A stretch of DNA of 40,830 bases, taken from NCBI GenBank assembly GCA_964609495.1, contig CAZSTA010000007.1, positions 1-40,830 of the forward strand. The letters are read 5' to 3'. Within the stretch, counting starts at the first letter, position 1; every line of letters begins with the position of its first letter. The position numbers were made by a program, and so were the translations under genes. Under the pieces are notes generated by a model that saw only the letters and a program-made list of their open reading frames with translations, was not told the origin of the DNA and searched no databases. The DNA is from an uncultured bacterium. GTDB lineage: Bacteria > CAZSTA01. Of the stretch, positions 18,644 through 28,347 are shown piece after piece.

Positions 18644-20986
18644 TTATAAATTTTCCTTGAACTGAGCTATAACCGCTTGCCCTAAAGATATCCCTCCATC
18701 ATTAGGAGGAACCTGACTATGGATATAGACCTCAAAACCAGCTTTATCGAAATTCCTCATCATTCGTTCCGATAGGAACATATTCTGAAATACACCACCG
18801 CTGAATACCACCTTATTAATTCCCTCTCTATCCCTGATCTTCTTGCATAAGTCAAGGCTGAACTCAGCCACAGTATTGTGAAATTTCGCTGATATAGTCG
18901 ATCTTGGTTGACCTCTATTCAAATCATATATTACTTCTTCGATAATCGGCAGAGTATCAACTATCCAACTTTCTTCCTCCTCATTTATACCATAGCGATA
19001 ACTATCTGAGATTCGAGGATCGGCTATCATCTCCAGCTCTATCGCTGCTTGCCCTTCATAGTTGATAGTATCTCGAACTCCGCATAGAGAGGAGACCGCA
19101 TCGAAGAGCCGACCACAACTGCTCGTTAAGGGAGTATTCAATCCCACCTCGATCATCCTCGCTATAAACTCGCTCTCATCTCTACTTATTCTATTTAATA
19201 GCTCTATATCGAGCCTCGTCGAATAATCTCTTCCCCAGATCTCTTGGAGGAAAGAGAGCGCTACTCGATAGGGCTTCTTTATAGCGGAATCTCCTCCGGG
19301 AAGAGGAATATATCTCAGATGTGCCACTCTCTTGAAGTCCCTATAATCCCCCACTAGAAACTCCCCTCCCCAAATCTGACCATCAGTTCCATACCCGGTG
19401 CCATCGTAGATGACTCCGATCACTCTCTCCTTCAATCCATTAAGTCCATTATCAGCCATACAACTAGCGAGATGAGCATGGTGATGCTGAACTCCTATTA
19501 ACTCGATATCCTCTTGTTCCAAAGCATATCTAGTGGATAGATATTGAGGGTGTAGATCATAAGCTATAATCTTGGGATTTATTTTGAATAGGCGACGAAA
19601 ACGCTCTATCGTCTCCTCGAAATATTGTAGAGTCTCATAGTTCTTCAAATCTCCAATATGCTGACTTAAAAAAGCATATCTACCTTTAGTCAGACAGACG
19701 GTATTCTTTAACTCTCCTCCACAAGCTAATACCTCCTTGAGTTCAAATCCGAGACCGATAGGAAGGGGGGCATATCCCCTTGATCTTCGGATCATCATCT
19801 CCTGACTCGAAGATGACAGATTGACAACTCTGGCTACCGTATCATCACAACGGGAGAAGATGTCTCGATTGTGCAACAGAAAGTAATCGGCGATATGAGA
19901 AAGCCTCCTTATCACCTCTTCATTATCCTTCAATAGAGGTTCTTCGCTTATGTTGGCGCTGGTCATAACTAAGGCTGGAGGTGATGACTTGAGGAGGAGA
20001 TAGTGAAGGGGGGTATAGGGAAGCATTATTCCGAGATAGTTGTTATTAACTGCTACATACTCGGAGATGGGAATATTATCGAGCTTTCTAAGTAGGACTA
20101 TAGGGCGACTTCTATTCTCCAGTAACGATCTCTCCTCATCGCTTACAGAACAATATCTCTCGATGGTCTCCATATCGAGGCACATGAGAGCGAAGGGCTT
20201 ATCGTCTCTCCCTTTACGCTCTCGCAAGCTCTTTACCGCCATATCATTAGTGGCATCACAAGCCAGGTGAAAGCCACCCAACCCTTTTACCGCTATTATA
20301 TAGCCTTCCTTCAGCAATCTCCCAGCCTCATTGAAAGGAGACTTTTGCTTCAAATAGAGCTCAAGGTTAAAAAGTTTCCTTTTCGGCTTGCCTGAGATCG
20401 GCTTTCTCTCCCTATCAACTAGAGATACCCAGGGACCACATACTGGACAGGCATTCGGTTGAGCGTGATATCGCCTATTAGTGGGATCGGAATATTCCTC
20501 GGCGCAAAGAGGACACATTTCAAACTCGTCCATCGTGGTTTTGTCCCTATCATAGGGAATATCTTTGATTATGGTAAAGCGGGGCCCACAATTTGTGCAA
20601 TTGATAAAGGGATATTCATATCTCCTATCTTGAGGATCAAATAGCTCCCTCAAGCAATCAGGACAGATACTTATATCAGGAGATACCAGGACGAATTCTC
20701 CTTCTCTAGCTAAACTATGCTTTATCTCAAACGAAATATATCCTTTTCGAGGTAGAAAGGAGATATTTATATTCTCTATCCTGGCTAAAGGAGGAGCTTT
20801 GCTCTTAACATCGGTGATGAAGCTCTCTACCCCTACCTCCTCTCCCTCAGCCTCGATTATCACTCCTTTGGAGGAATTTAGAACCCACCCTGTGAGATCA
20901 TAAGCCTTCGCTAAATTATGAATAAAGGGTCTAAATCCAACACCCTGCACTATTCCTTCTACCAATAATTTAGCTCTTAATTTCAT
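18644..20986 (-). CDS. hypF: Carbamoyltransferase HypF
   Basis: GIVQGVGFRPF, zinc fingers, KGLGGFHL, QHHHAH, PPNDGGISLGQ. Confidence 0.97.
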   Translation of the reverse strand: MKLRAKLLVEGIVQGVGFRPFIHNLAKAYDLTGWVLNSSKGVIIEAEGEEVGVESFITDVKSKAPPLARIENINISFLPRKGYISFEIKHSLAREGEFVLVSPDISICPDCLRELFDPQDRRYEYPFINCTNCGPRFTIIKDIPYDRDKTTMDEFEMCPLCAEEYSDPTNRRYHAQPNACPVCGPWVSLVDRERKPISGKPKRKLFNLELYLKQKSPFNEAGRLLKEGYIIAVKGLGGFHLACDATNDMAVKSLRERKGRDDKPFALMCLDMETIERYCSVSDEERSLLENRSRPIVLLRKLDNIPISEYVAVNNNYLGIMLPYTPLHYLLLKSSPPALVMTSANISEEPLLKDNEEVIRRLSHIADYFLLHNRDIFSRCDDTVARVVNLSSSSQEMMIRRSRGYAPLPIGLGFELKEVLACGGELKNTVCLTKGRYAFLSQHIGDLKNYETLQYFEETIERFRRLFKINPKIIAYDLHPQYLSTRYALEQEDIELIGVQHHHAHLASCMADNGLNGLKERVIGVIYDGTGYGTDGQIWGGEFLVGDYRDFKRVAHLRYIPLPGGDSAIKKPYRVALSFLQEIWGRDYSTRLDIELLNRISRDESEFIARMIEVGLNTPLTSSCGRLFDAVSSLCGVRDTINYEGQAAIELEMIADPRISDSYRYGINEEEESWIVDTLPIIEEVIYDLNRGQPRSTISAKFHNTVAEFSLDLCKKIRDREGINKVVFSGGVFQNMFLSERMMRNFDKAGFEVYIHSQVPPNDGGISLGQAVIAQFKENL

Positions 20987-21632
20987 CTTTGCTCATTTGT
21001 TTCCTCAACCAATTCGTCCAATCCTCGATCCCCTCCCCAATTCGGGCTGAGACCTCGAAGAATTGGACCTCAGGATTTATATTTAAAGCATCCCGCTTGA
21101 ATTTATCCGTATCGAAATCGACAAAATTGATAAGGTCCATCTTGTTGATCAATATCGCTTGGCATATCCTCATCATCAAGGGATGCTTCAGGGGTTTATC
21201 ATCACCTTCGGGAACGCTCGATATCAACACCTTTCGATCTTGACCGAGATCGAAGCCCGCGGGACATATCAGATTACCGACGTTCTCGATAATAAGCAAC
21301 CCGACTCCATCGAGATCGAGTTCCTCTAAGCCCTGCTCGATCATATAGGCGGTTAGATGACAAGTGCCAGTATTTATCTGCACCACTGGTATATCGTATT
21401 TAGCTAAGCGATCAGCATCGAGGGAGGTTGCGAGATCTCCTCCAATTACAGCTATGCCTATCTCATCCTTTAATCTCTCAATAGTCCTCTCTATCACGCT
21501 CGTTTTACCCGACCCTGGCGATCCCATTATGTCAATTGCTGATATTCCCCCTTCTCGGAATCTATCTCTAATTCTAGCCGCGATATTATCATTAGCCTCT
21601 AAGACCTTCTTTGCTATCACGATTTTAGCCAT
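20970..21632 (-). CDS. hypB: Nickel-incorporation GTPase HypB
   Basis: GSPGSGKT, CHL, ENVGNLICP, EGDDKPLKHP, NKMD. Confidence 0.97.
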   Translation of the reverse strand: MAKIVIAKKVLEANDNIAARIRDRFREGGISAIDIMGSPGSGKTSVIERTIERLKDEIGIAVIGGDLATSLDADRLAKYDIPVVQINTGTCHLTAYMIEQGLEELDLDGVGLLIIENVGNLICPAGFDLGQDRKVLISSVPEGDDKPLKHPLMMRICQAILINKMDLINFVDFDTDKFKRDALNINPEVQFFEVSARIGEGIEDWTNWLRKQMSKDEIKS

Positions 21633-21633
21633 A

Positions 21634-21975
21634 TCACTCCACCTCTATAGAATCTATAAGTAACTCTCGACCGGTCTCGATATTCACCCTTTTACTTGAG
21701 CAGTGAGGACAGGCGAATAAGAACTCCTCTATCTCAAATATCTCTCCACAATCCTCACAGCGTCCAGTCAAAGGGATCTCCTCGATATTGAGTTTTGCGC
21801 CCTCTGCTATGGTATCTTTAGAGAGCGCCTCGAAATAGAATTGCACACAATCAGGCACAATCGAGGTCCAAGCGCCAACCTTCAGATTGATCGCCGAGAT
21901 CCTCTTAACGTTATATCCCTCAGCCTGCTGGAGAACTATATCTAACATCGTTTGAGTTACGCTTAGTTCATGCAT
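21634..21975 (-). CDS. hypA: Nickel chaperone HypA
   Basis: MHELS N-terminus, two CxxC, GRELLIDSIEVE. Start set at the MHE motif. Confidence 0.95.
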   Translation of the reverse strand: MHELSVTQTMLDIVLQQAEGYNVKRISAINLKVGAWTSIVPDCVQFYFEALSKDTIAEGAKLNIEEIPLTGRCEDCGEIFEIEEFLFACPHCSSKRVNIETGRELLIDSIEVE

Positions 21976-22017
21976 AATGGAGGGAGAAAATCTCCCTCTC
22001 AATTCCTCCCTTTATAA

Positions 22018-23433
22018 TCACGATACTAAAAGCCTGAGACCAGCTTTAGCTTTTCGCTTAAATTCACCTAACGACCTAATTGACATCACGTTTTTGATTA
22101 TATAACTAGGACGAATATAGAACCTCTTATAGGCGTACTTCAATAACTCCAGCAATTCCTTCTCTGATAGCTTCTCCTCCCAAAGAAGGGGAGTAAAATC
22201 ATTCCTTGGGTTCTCCGCAAATTCCTTCCAATAATCATTCGGCAAGATCCCCTCCTCTAAACCCATATAATATAGCTTAGTGGCAGGATAGGGGGTAGTA
22301 ACAGAGAACTGGACATAATTGGGAGATAATTCCTCCGCGAAGTCGATCGTCTTCATTATATGATCTCTGGTCTCCCCCGGAGAACCAATCATAAAGTCGA
22401 GTAAGATATCTATCCCAACCTCTTTCGTCATCCTAACCGCGCTTCTCGCCTGCTCTAAGGTTATATCCTTCTGAAGGATATCGAGGGTATCCTGAGTGCC
22501 AGCCTCTATCCCATATTGGATTCTTTCACAACCCGCCTTCTTTAATTTCCTCAACAGCAGATCATCAACCGTATTAGCTCTGGCTCTTATATCCCAGCCG
22601 ATCTTCAACCCCCTAGATATTATCTCATCGCAGATAGCTATCGCTCGCCTTCTGCTGACCGTAAAAGTATCATCATAGACGAAGAACTCATATATCCCCA
22701 TGTCGATACATTCTTCTATCTCGCGAACTACATTTTGAGCAGACCTAGCTCTGAACCTCTTTCCCATCTGCGGACGATCGCAGTAGATACAGCGATAAGG
22801 ACATCCTCGACTGGTGATCATCGTGGTTATCGGAGAGCGTTTAGCCAAGAGCGAGTTATACTTCTCGTATGGAGTTAGATGTCTAGCTGGATAGGGCAAG
22901 ATATCGATATCCTTTAGGAAATCCCGACGACCTCCATCTATTATCTCTCCATCTCCATTTTTAAAGATCAGTCCCTCTATCGGGGTATCCATCCTTCCCT
23001 TATCTAACACGGATAAGAGAGATGTGAAAGTGATCTCCCCCTCTCCCATAACGACTGAATCGATTTCCGCTCTTTTGATCGTCTCTTGCGGATAGAGGGT
23101 TGGATGAGGGCCACCCATACAAACATGAATATCTTTATTTATCTCCTTTACGATCTGGGCGGTTTTAAGTCCATCTATTATGGAAAATGTCATCGCTTGG
23201 ATGCCCACTATCTCTGGCTTTCTCCTCTCGATCTCCGCCCTTATATCATCGTAGCTCATTCCCTCGGCCTGAGTATCCAATATCTCTATCTCATGATCGG
23301 TGTTAGCCTCGGCGTATGAAGCCACATACATCAATCCTAGAGGAGGATATATTCCCACCTCCTCATCGACTAGGGAGAGGACGCTGGTTCTTATCATATT
23401 CTCTGTTGGTGGATATATTAATAAAACTCTCAT
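22018..23433 (-). CDS. B12-binding domain radical SAM protein
   Basis: PPLGLMYVAS, GGPHPT, GEGE, SRGCPYRCIYC. Confidence 0.9.
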   Translation of the reverse strand: MRVLLIYPPTENMIRTSVLSLVDEEVGIYPPLGLMYVASYAEANTDHEIEILDTQAEGMSYDDIRAEIERRKPEIVGIQAMTFSIIDGLKTAQIVKEINKDIHVCMGGPHPTLYPQETIKRAEIDSVVMGEGEITFTSLLSVLDKGRMDTPIEGLIFKNGDGEIIDGGRRDFLKDIDILPYPARHLTPYEKYNSLLAKRSPITTMITSRGCPYRCIYCDRPQMGKRFRARSAQNVVREIEECIDMGIYEFFVYDDTFTVSRRRAIAICDEIISRGLKIGWDIRARANTVDDLLLRKLKKAGCERIQYGIEAGTQDTLDILQKDITLEQARSAVRMTKEVGIDILLDFMIGSPGETRDHIMKTIDFAEELSPNYVQFSVTTPYPATKLYYMGLEEGILPNDYWKEFAENPRNDFTPLLWEEKLSEKELLELLKYAYKRFYIRPSYIIKNVMSIRSLGEFKRKAKAGLRLLVS

Positions 23434-24290
23434 TTGATCTCCCTTCGCAGAATCGCTATTTGATCGGCTAGGAAGCCGAAGAAGAAGATAAATACCCCGG
23501 CTGTCATAAGTAGTATGCCGATATCAGAGGCTATCCTATATTTTAATAGGCTATGAAAGAATCTAAATAAGCCGATTAGGAATAGAATGATGCTAACTGG
23601 GATGAAAACCTTTAATGGTTCGAAGAGAATTATCATCCTCATAATTATAGCCATAAACTTGACTCCATCTCTCAATAACCTGACTTGGCTCTTTCCTCCC
23701 GCCCTCCTATGAGTTGTTATAGGGACATATTTTACAGCATACCCTTCTTCAAAAAAGGCTAAAGTGCTAGTGGCAGAGGGAGAATACCCATTGGGAAGAA
23801 GGTTTATAAATCTTGCTATAGCCCCTCTCTTAACCGCCCTGAAGCCAGAGGTGAGATCCTCTATCTTCACGCCAGCTAGATAGCTAGCGAGTATGTTTAA
23901 AAATTGGTTTCCCCATCCTCGCATAAAGATGGTATGAGATCCCCCTACCCTAGCCCCGATGACCATATCATACTCCCCGATATATTCCATTAAGCGATAA
24001 ATATCATCGGAATTGTGCTGACCATCTGCATCCATAAAGACGAGTATCTCTCCTGCGGATGATTTAATACCCGTCTTGAGCGCCGCCCCATAACCCCTAT
24101 TGTAAGGATGACGAATAACTCTGGCTCCGCTCCTCTTAGCTACCTCAGAGGTGTCATCGGTAGAGCCATCGTCTATCACTAAGATCTCCCAATCGGGTTC
24201 CGCCTTCTTTATATCGGCTACTACCTGACCGATCGTCTCTTCCTCATTGAACGCTGGAATCACAACAGTGATCCTATTATCCTCGGACAA
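23430..24290 (-). CDS. GT2 polyprenyl-phosphate glycosyltransferase (DPM1/GtrB-like)
   Basis: VVIPAFNEE, IDDGSTD, NRGYGAALKTG, MDADGQH, DLTSGFR, two C-terminal TM helices. Confidence 0.9.
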   Translation of the reverse strand: MSEDNRITVVIPAFNEEETIGQVVADIKKAEPDWEILVIDDGSTDDTSEVAKRSGARVIRHPYNRGYGAALKTGIKSSAGEILVFMDADGQHNSDDIYRLMEYIGEYDMVIGARVGGSHTIFMRGWGNQFLNILASYLAGVKIEDLTSGFRAVKRGAIARFINLLPNGYSPSATSTLAFFEEGYAVKYVPITTHRRAGGKSQVRLLRDGVKFMAIIMRMIILFEPLKVFIPVSIILFLIGLFRFFHSLLKYRIASDIGILLMTAGVFIFFFGFLADQIAILRREIK

Positions 24291-24340
24291 CTTATTTACT
24301 CCTCCGATCTAAAACATATAATTTCACAATATAACTTTCC
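24178..24340. repeat. Direct duplication of the GT-C 3' end/GT2 5' region (partner 26397-26563)
   Basis: 24292-24340 resembles 26517-26563 and 24178-24213 resembles 26399-26434. Confidence 0.75.
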
Positions 24341-24374
24341 GATTGTGAAATTGAAGTTGATGTAAAAACCCCCA

Positions 24375-24902
24375 TTATCGCTTCCTGGCAACTGTAATGC
24401 GGTTTATGCCCAGCATAAATGTCCTCTCAAATAAAATATCGAAAACAGCTTCCGACAGAAGATAATGAACCTCCCTCCGGGTTAAACCGAATACTTCTCC
24501 GTGCTTCATCCCTCGCTCTCTTTGGTCCACATCCCATGGCCTACGCAAAAAATGCCACACTCTCGATATCTCTGGTGGAATCATCGTGATAATAATTCTC
24601 CCCTTTTGTCGCAAAATTCTATGAGCTTCTACTAGAACTTCACTTCTATTCGGAATATGATTCAAGGAGGCTATAATAGTTATAGTATCATAAGTTTCAT
24701 CTTCAAAGGGCAATTTTGCTGAATTATTGACCACAAGATCGGCATCACCCCATTGATAAACATCAACTCCGATGCCCTCACCCATATAGGACCTGACCAG
24801 CTCATTCGTCCCACATCCTATATCTAAAAGACGACCATAAATATGAGGAAGCACGGTTTTTATTCTCCAATTTAACAGAAATTTTCCTAAAGCATCTCTC
24901 AT
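24375..24902 (-). CDS. Class I SAM-dependent methyltransferase (Methyltransf_11-like)
   Basis: LLDIGCG, LPFEDETYD, LNHI, EAHRILRQKG. Confidence 0.85.
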   Translation of the reverse strand: MRDALGKFLLNWRIKTVLPHIYGRLLDIGCGTNELVRSYMGEGIGVDVYQWGDADLVVNNSAKLPFEDETYDTITIIASLNHIPNRSEVLVEAHRILRQKGRIIITMIPPEISRVWHFLRRPWDVDQRERGMKHGEVFGLTRREVHYLLSEAVFDILFERTFMLGINRITVARKR

Positions 24903-25084
24903 ATACTAAGATCTCCCAAGCAGCGCATAAAAGTTTTCGTCCGAATTTTAGAGTTTGACATACCCTCTCTGATTATACTTCTTTTGCATATCCCAAGAAG
25001 AGAAATATTCTCCGCTTTGAGATATCATAAGTAATATCAGATTCCCAACACGAAATTTTTATATCACCATTACTAAGAATAATG

Positions 25085-25113
25085 TTGACAAATTCAATAT
25101 TTCTTGATATAGT
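25085..25113 (+). promoter_or_regulatory. Sigma70-type promoter immediately upstream of a GTTAGGT cassette core
   Basis: TTGACA-17 bp-TATAGT with TG extension; GTTAGGT at 25132-25138. Confidence 0.75.
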
Positions 25114-25203
25114 ATAGATGTAAGTAAACTAGTTAGGTTCGGGTGATATCAAGTAGTTTCAGCAAGGCAAATTCATGCTAAGGATTCTTGAGAGGAGGAA
25201 AAA

Positions 25204-26283
25204 ATGAAGAGATGTAGAAAATGCGTTCTATCTGAATACACCCCCAATATCGTTTTTGACGAAGAAGGGGTTTGTAACTATTGCCACTCATATAGCAAAC
25301 TCACATATAAAGGCGAGTCTGAGCTAATCAAGTTACTGGACTCTTATCGAAGAACGGACAGTAAATATGACTGTATTGTGTCTGTAAGTGGTGGACGGGA
25401 TAGCACTTACATCCTACTAAAGCTTGTCAAAGATTATCGTATGAAGGTTCTCGCGGTAAATTACGAAAACCCGTTTACAGATCCTCAGGCAAAAGATAAC
25501 ATCGAAAATGCGGTCAAGGAACTGGATGTTGATATAGTCAGCTTCAAACTTAAGAACAATATCCATGAGAGAACGTTTAGGAATAATGTGCTCGCATGGT
25601 TTCGAAGACCATCACCAGCCTTGATACCTATGATGTGCGTTGCATGCAAAACTTTTTGGTATGATGTCTTAAAGATCGCAAAGAAATATGATATTCATTG
25701 TATTGTAAATGGTTATAATCGATTTGAGCAAACATCTTTTAAGAAAGTGTTGCTTGGCGTATCAGCGAATGAGAAGATTGAGACAACATTCATTAAAGCT
25801 ATATTTGGTATTTTAAAAGAGAATTTCAAGAATCTCGCCTATTTCAAACCTAAGTTCATTCCAACAATGGTGAAAGGCTATCTATTTGCAGACTCCTACT
25901 CCCTTGGTTCAAGGCTTTTCGGATACAACATAAAGAGTATAGAAATATTCTCTTTTGTTGAATGGAACGAAGAGGAAATTCTATCAAGGATAAAATCAGA
26001 ACTTAACTGGGACTATCCTCGTAAATTAAACTCAAGTTGGCGATTTGATTGTAGAGTAGCGCACTTGAAAGACTTTATGTATATGAAGACAATGGGAATG
26101 ACGGAGAAGGACGACTTTTACGCCAAGATGGTAAGAGAAGGTTTAATGACCCGGGACGATGCCTTACTAAGACTGCAAAAAGAAAACGAACTTCATTTGG
26201 ATGAAATACGACTATTGTTGAGTGAAGTTGGGATTGAAAACACCTCCTTTTTGGACGAACTAGATATCGATTCCATCGCCTGA
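25204..26283 (+). CDS. N-acetyl sugar amidotransferase-like PP-loop ATPase (WbpG-like)
   Basis: CRKC..FDEEGVCNYC, YDCIVSVSGGRDS, VREGLMTRDDAL; GAGGAGG RBS. Confidence 0.8.
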   Translation: MKRCRKCVLSEYTPNIVFDEEGVCNYCHSYSKLTYKGESELIKLLDSYRRTDSKYDCIVSVSGGRDSTYILLKLVKDYRMKVLAVNYENPFTDPQAKDNIENAVKELDVDIVSFKLKNNIHERTFRNNVLAWFRRPSPALIPMMCVACKTFWYDVLKIAKKYDIHCIVNGYNRFEQTSFKKVLLGVSANEKIETTFIKAIFGILKENFKNLAYFKPKFIPTMVKGYLFADSYSLGSRLFGYNIKSIEIFSFVEWNEEEILSRIKSELNWDYPRKLNSSWRFDCRVAHLKDFMYMKTMGMTEKDDFYAKMVREGLMTRDDALLRLQKENELHLDEIRLLLSEVGIENTSFLDELDIDSIA

Positions 26284-26368
26284 CAGAGCATATCTGGCTT
26301 TGTGCCTTCGGGACTTTGCCCAGATCCAGCCTTAAGGCTGGACTTCAGATACACGCAAAACGTTTCTA
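26278..26368 (+). mobile_element. attC-like site closing the amidotransferase cassette
   Basis: GCCTGAC (contains the stop; near-complement of GTTAGGT), GCATATCTG/CAGATACACGC inner boxes, TGCCTTCGGGAC and TCCAGCCTTAAGGCTGGA hairpins, AAAAC-GTT end. Confidence 0.65.
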
Positions 26369-26432
26369 AATTCCCATTTTTAATGCGCCACTCGAGATAC
26401 TAAGATTCCCCAATCGGGTTCTGCTCTCTTTA

Positions 26433-26519
26433 TAAAGGTAACTTTTATAGACAATAAAAACTCAAGTGTTCCGGTAACTTTTGCTTCCCCAGATATATAA
26501 GGTTAAAAAATCCCCTTTA
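26433..26519. mobile_element. 87-bp MITE-like element, copy A
   Basis: Aligns with 34004-34090; TAAAGG...CCTTTA termini; right end overlaps the stop codon of the 26517 gene. Confidence 0.65.
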
Positions 26520-28307
26520 TTTACTCCCTCGATCTAAAGCATATAATTTCACAATAGCTTTCCATAAACGATATTCTTTGAGCAACCTCGCCCTTTTCAT
26601 TACCTCGGGGAATTTCTCCTGGTAATATTTAACTTCATCAAATCGATCCATAATGAGAAGATATTCGATATCATATCTCTCAAAAGGTCGCTCGTAATTA
26701 ATAAATCCCTCCCAGATTAAAAGGCATCTATTCTTATTTTCTAAGGTTAAGATCGGCGACCACAACCCAGCAACGAGAGATCCTTCTGGTATCATCTTCC
26801 CTATATCCCTGGAGGCTTCGATCATAGTATATTTGGGATTTAAGAACCAATCTCCATACTGATACGCGCTTATCAACACAAAAGCGATAAGAATAATATA
26901 GACTATCGGACGTTTATATCTATTCAGGAATCTGCCGATCGGCTCTGGATATAATCTCCTCGAAATCCAGATAAGTACTATAGATATCGCTATCGTCCCT
27001 AAACCTGATAGAATAGCTACTCTTAGCCCTGAGGAAAGAAGTGATTGAATAAAGGAAGACGAACTGCGTAAGCTGGGTAGCAGAGCTAAGACAAAGGTAT
27101 TTACGGGAAAGAATAATCCCACTACGAGAGCCAAGAAAGGTAATGCCCCGACTTTTCCCATCTCCATCCTCTCGCTCTCCTCTCCTGTCCCTCTCCTTTG
27201 AGGGGATAAAGTAAGTATCCTTTCCAAAACCAAAGCTGTAAAAAGGCTGAGAGGTGGTATCATGGAGACATAAAATCTTACCGGGCGATAACCCTGGATA
27301 GCAAAGAAGATGAAACCTACTGCTAACCACCAAGAGGCGAGAAGTTCCATGGGGTGGATCTTCCTCTTCCAATCCACAAGCTGATAGAGGATGAATAAGC
27401 CATATCCATATCCAATTATGACGATGATAGGAGTTCCAGCAAGCTCGTTAAAGAAGTTCTGACCGAATATGTTACGAACGAAGTGCATAAAATCCTTCGG
27501 TATTCTTAAATCCCCCACCCCGGATACGAGAGGGGCAAGCTCAGCGCGATTGGGGAAGATGAAGATCGAATAGAAGATAGCTGAACTTATCGCCAATCCA
27601 CCGAGGAATGATAAGATATCCTTCCCCATCCTGCTATCCTTTAACCCCTTGCTATCCTCTTCCTTGAGGCGGATGAAGAAGATAGCTAAAACGGGAACGG
27701 GTATGAAGTAGATCATCGAGGATTTACACATAAGGGAGACCCCGCAGCTTATCCCTGATGCGATTAAGTATGCCCTATTTTTCCTCATCATTCCTCTTTG
27801 CCAGAGGAATACAGTCAGTATTAGAAAGAAGAACATCGGCATAGATCTATTGGCTATCCGACTATGCATTATATGGATATAATCCAATCCTATGAAGGCT
27901 GTTGCTAGGAGGGCAACTCTCCTATTAAAGCTCTCTTTTATTGAAAGATAGAGGAAGATCAGAGAAAGACAACTAAAGGTTAAGGGAACTAGACGAGTTT
28001 GGAGAAATCCCACTCCAAAGATGGAGAATATGAGATAGAATAGATAGTTGATGAGAGGGCTAAGATACATAAAGTTTTCTTCATCCAGCTTCCACTTTCC
28101 AAATAGGACTTTATTCCGGGCATTGTGAACCCATCCTCCCTCATCCCCAAATATCCCTGCGCTCCACTTAGTTAAAGCTATGGGTGGATCAGCGACGAGG
28201 TGTATCCCCCTTAAAAAGAAGGATAAGATGAGAAGTGAGAACAAAAGAATTAAATATTTACTCGAATCCGAGTTTCTTGATAGACCTGTTTTTTCTCCTA
28301 AATGCAT
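26517..28307 (-). CDS. ArnT/PMT-like GT-C membrane glycosyltransferase
   Basis: N-terminal loop DEG motif (GDEGGWVHNARN), SPLINYL..IFGVG..QTRL, about 13 TM helices, RPVRFY. Confidence 0.8.
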   Translation of the reverse strand: MHLGEKTGLSRNSDSSKYLILLFSLLILSFFLRGIHLVADPPIALTKWSAGIFGDEGGWVHNARNKVLFGKWKLDEENFMYLSPLINYLFYLIFSIFGVGFLQTRLVPLTFSCLSLIFLYLSIKESFNRRVALLATAFIGLDYIHIMHSRIANRSMPMFFFLILTVFLWQRGMMRKNRAYLIASGISCGVSLMCKSSMIYFIPVPVLAIFFIRLKEEDSKGLKDSRMGKDILSFLGGLAISSAIFYSIFIFPNRAELAPLVSGVGDLRIPKDFMHFVRNIFGQNFFNELAGTPIIVIIGYGYGLFILYQLVDWKRKIHPMELLASWWLAVGFIFFAIQGYRPVRFYVSMIPPLSLFTALVLERILTLSPQRRGTGEESERMEMGKVGALPFLALVVGLFFPVNTFVLALLPSLRSSSSFIQSLLSSGLRVAILSGLGTIAISIVLIWISRRLYPEPIGRFLNRYKRPIVYIILIAFVLISAYQYGDWFLNPKYTMIEASRDIGKMIPEGSLVAGLWSPILTLENKNRCLLIWEGFINYERPFERYDIEYLLIMDRFDEVKYYQEKFPEVMKRARLLKEYRLWKAIVKLYALDRGSK

Positions 28308-28347
28308 TAAATACCCCTAATTACTATCACTTAATTTGCTCATATTT

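Noticed and set aside
24955-24979. TTGACA...TATACT promoter
   Set aside because: Spacer is only 13 bp.
24903-25084. Integron integrase remnant divergent from the 25085 promoter
   Set aside because: Only a 20-codon ORF with no tyrosine-recombinase motif; no intI seen anywhere in the window.
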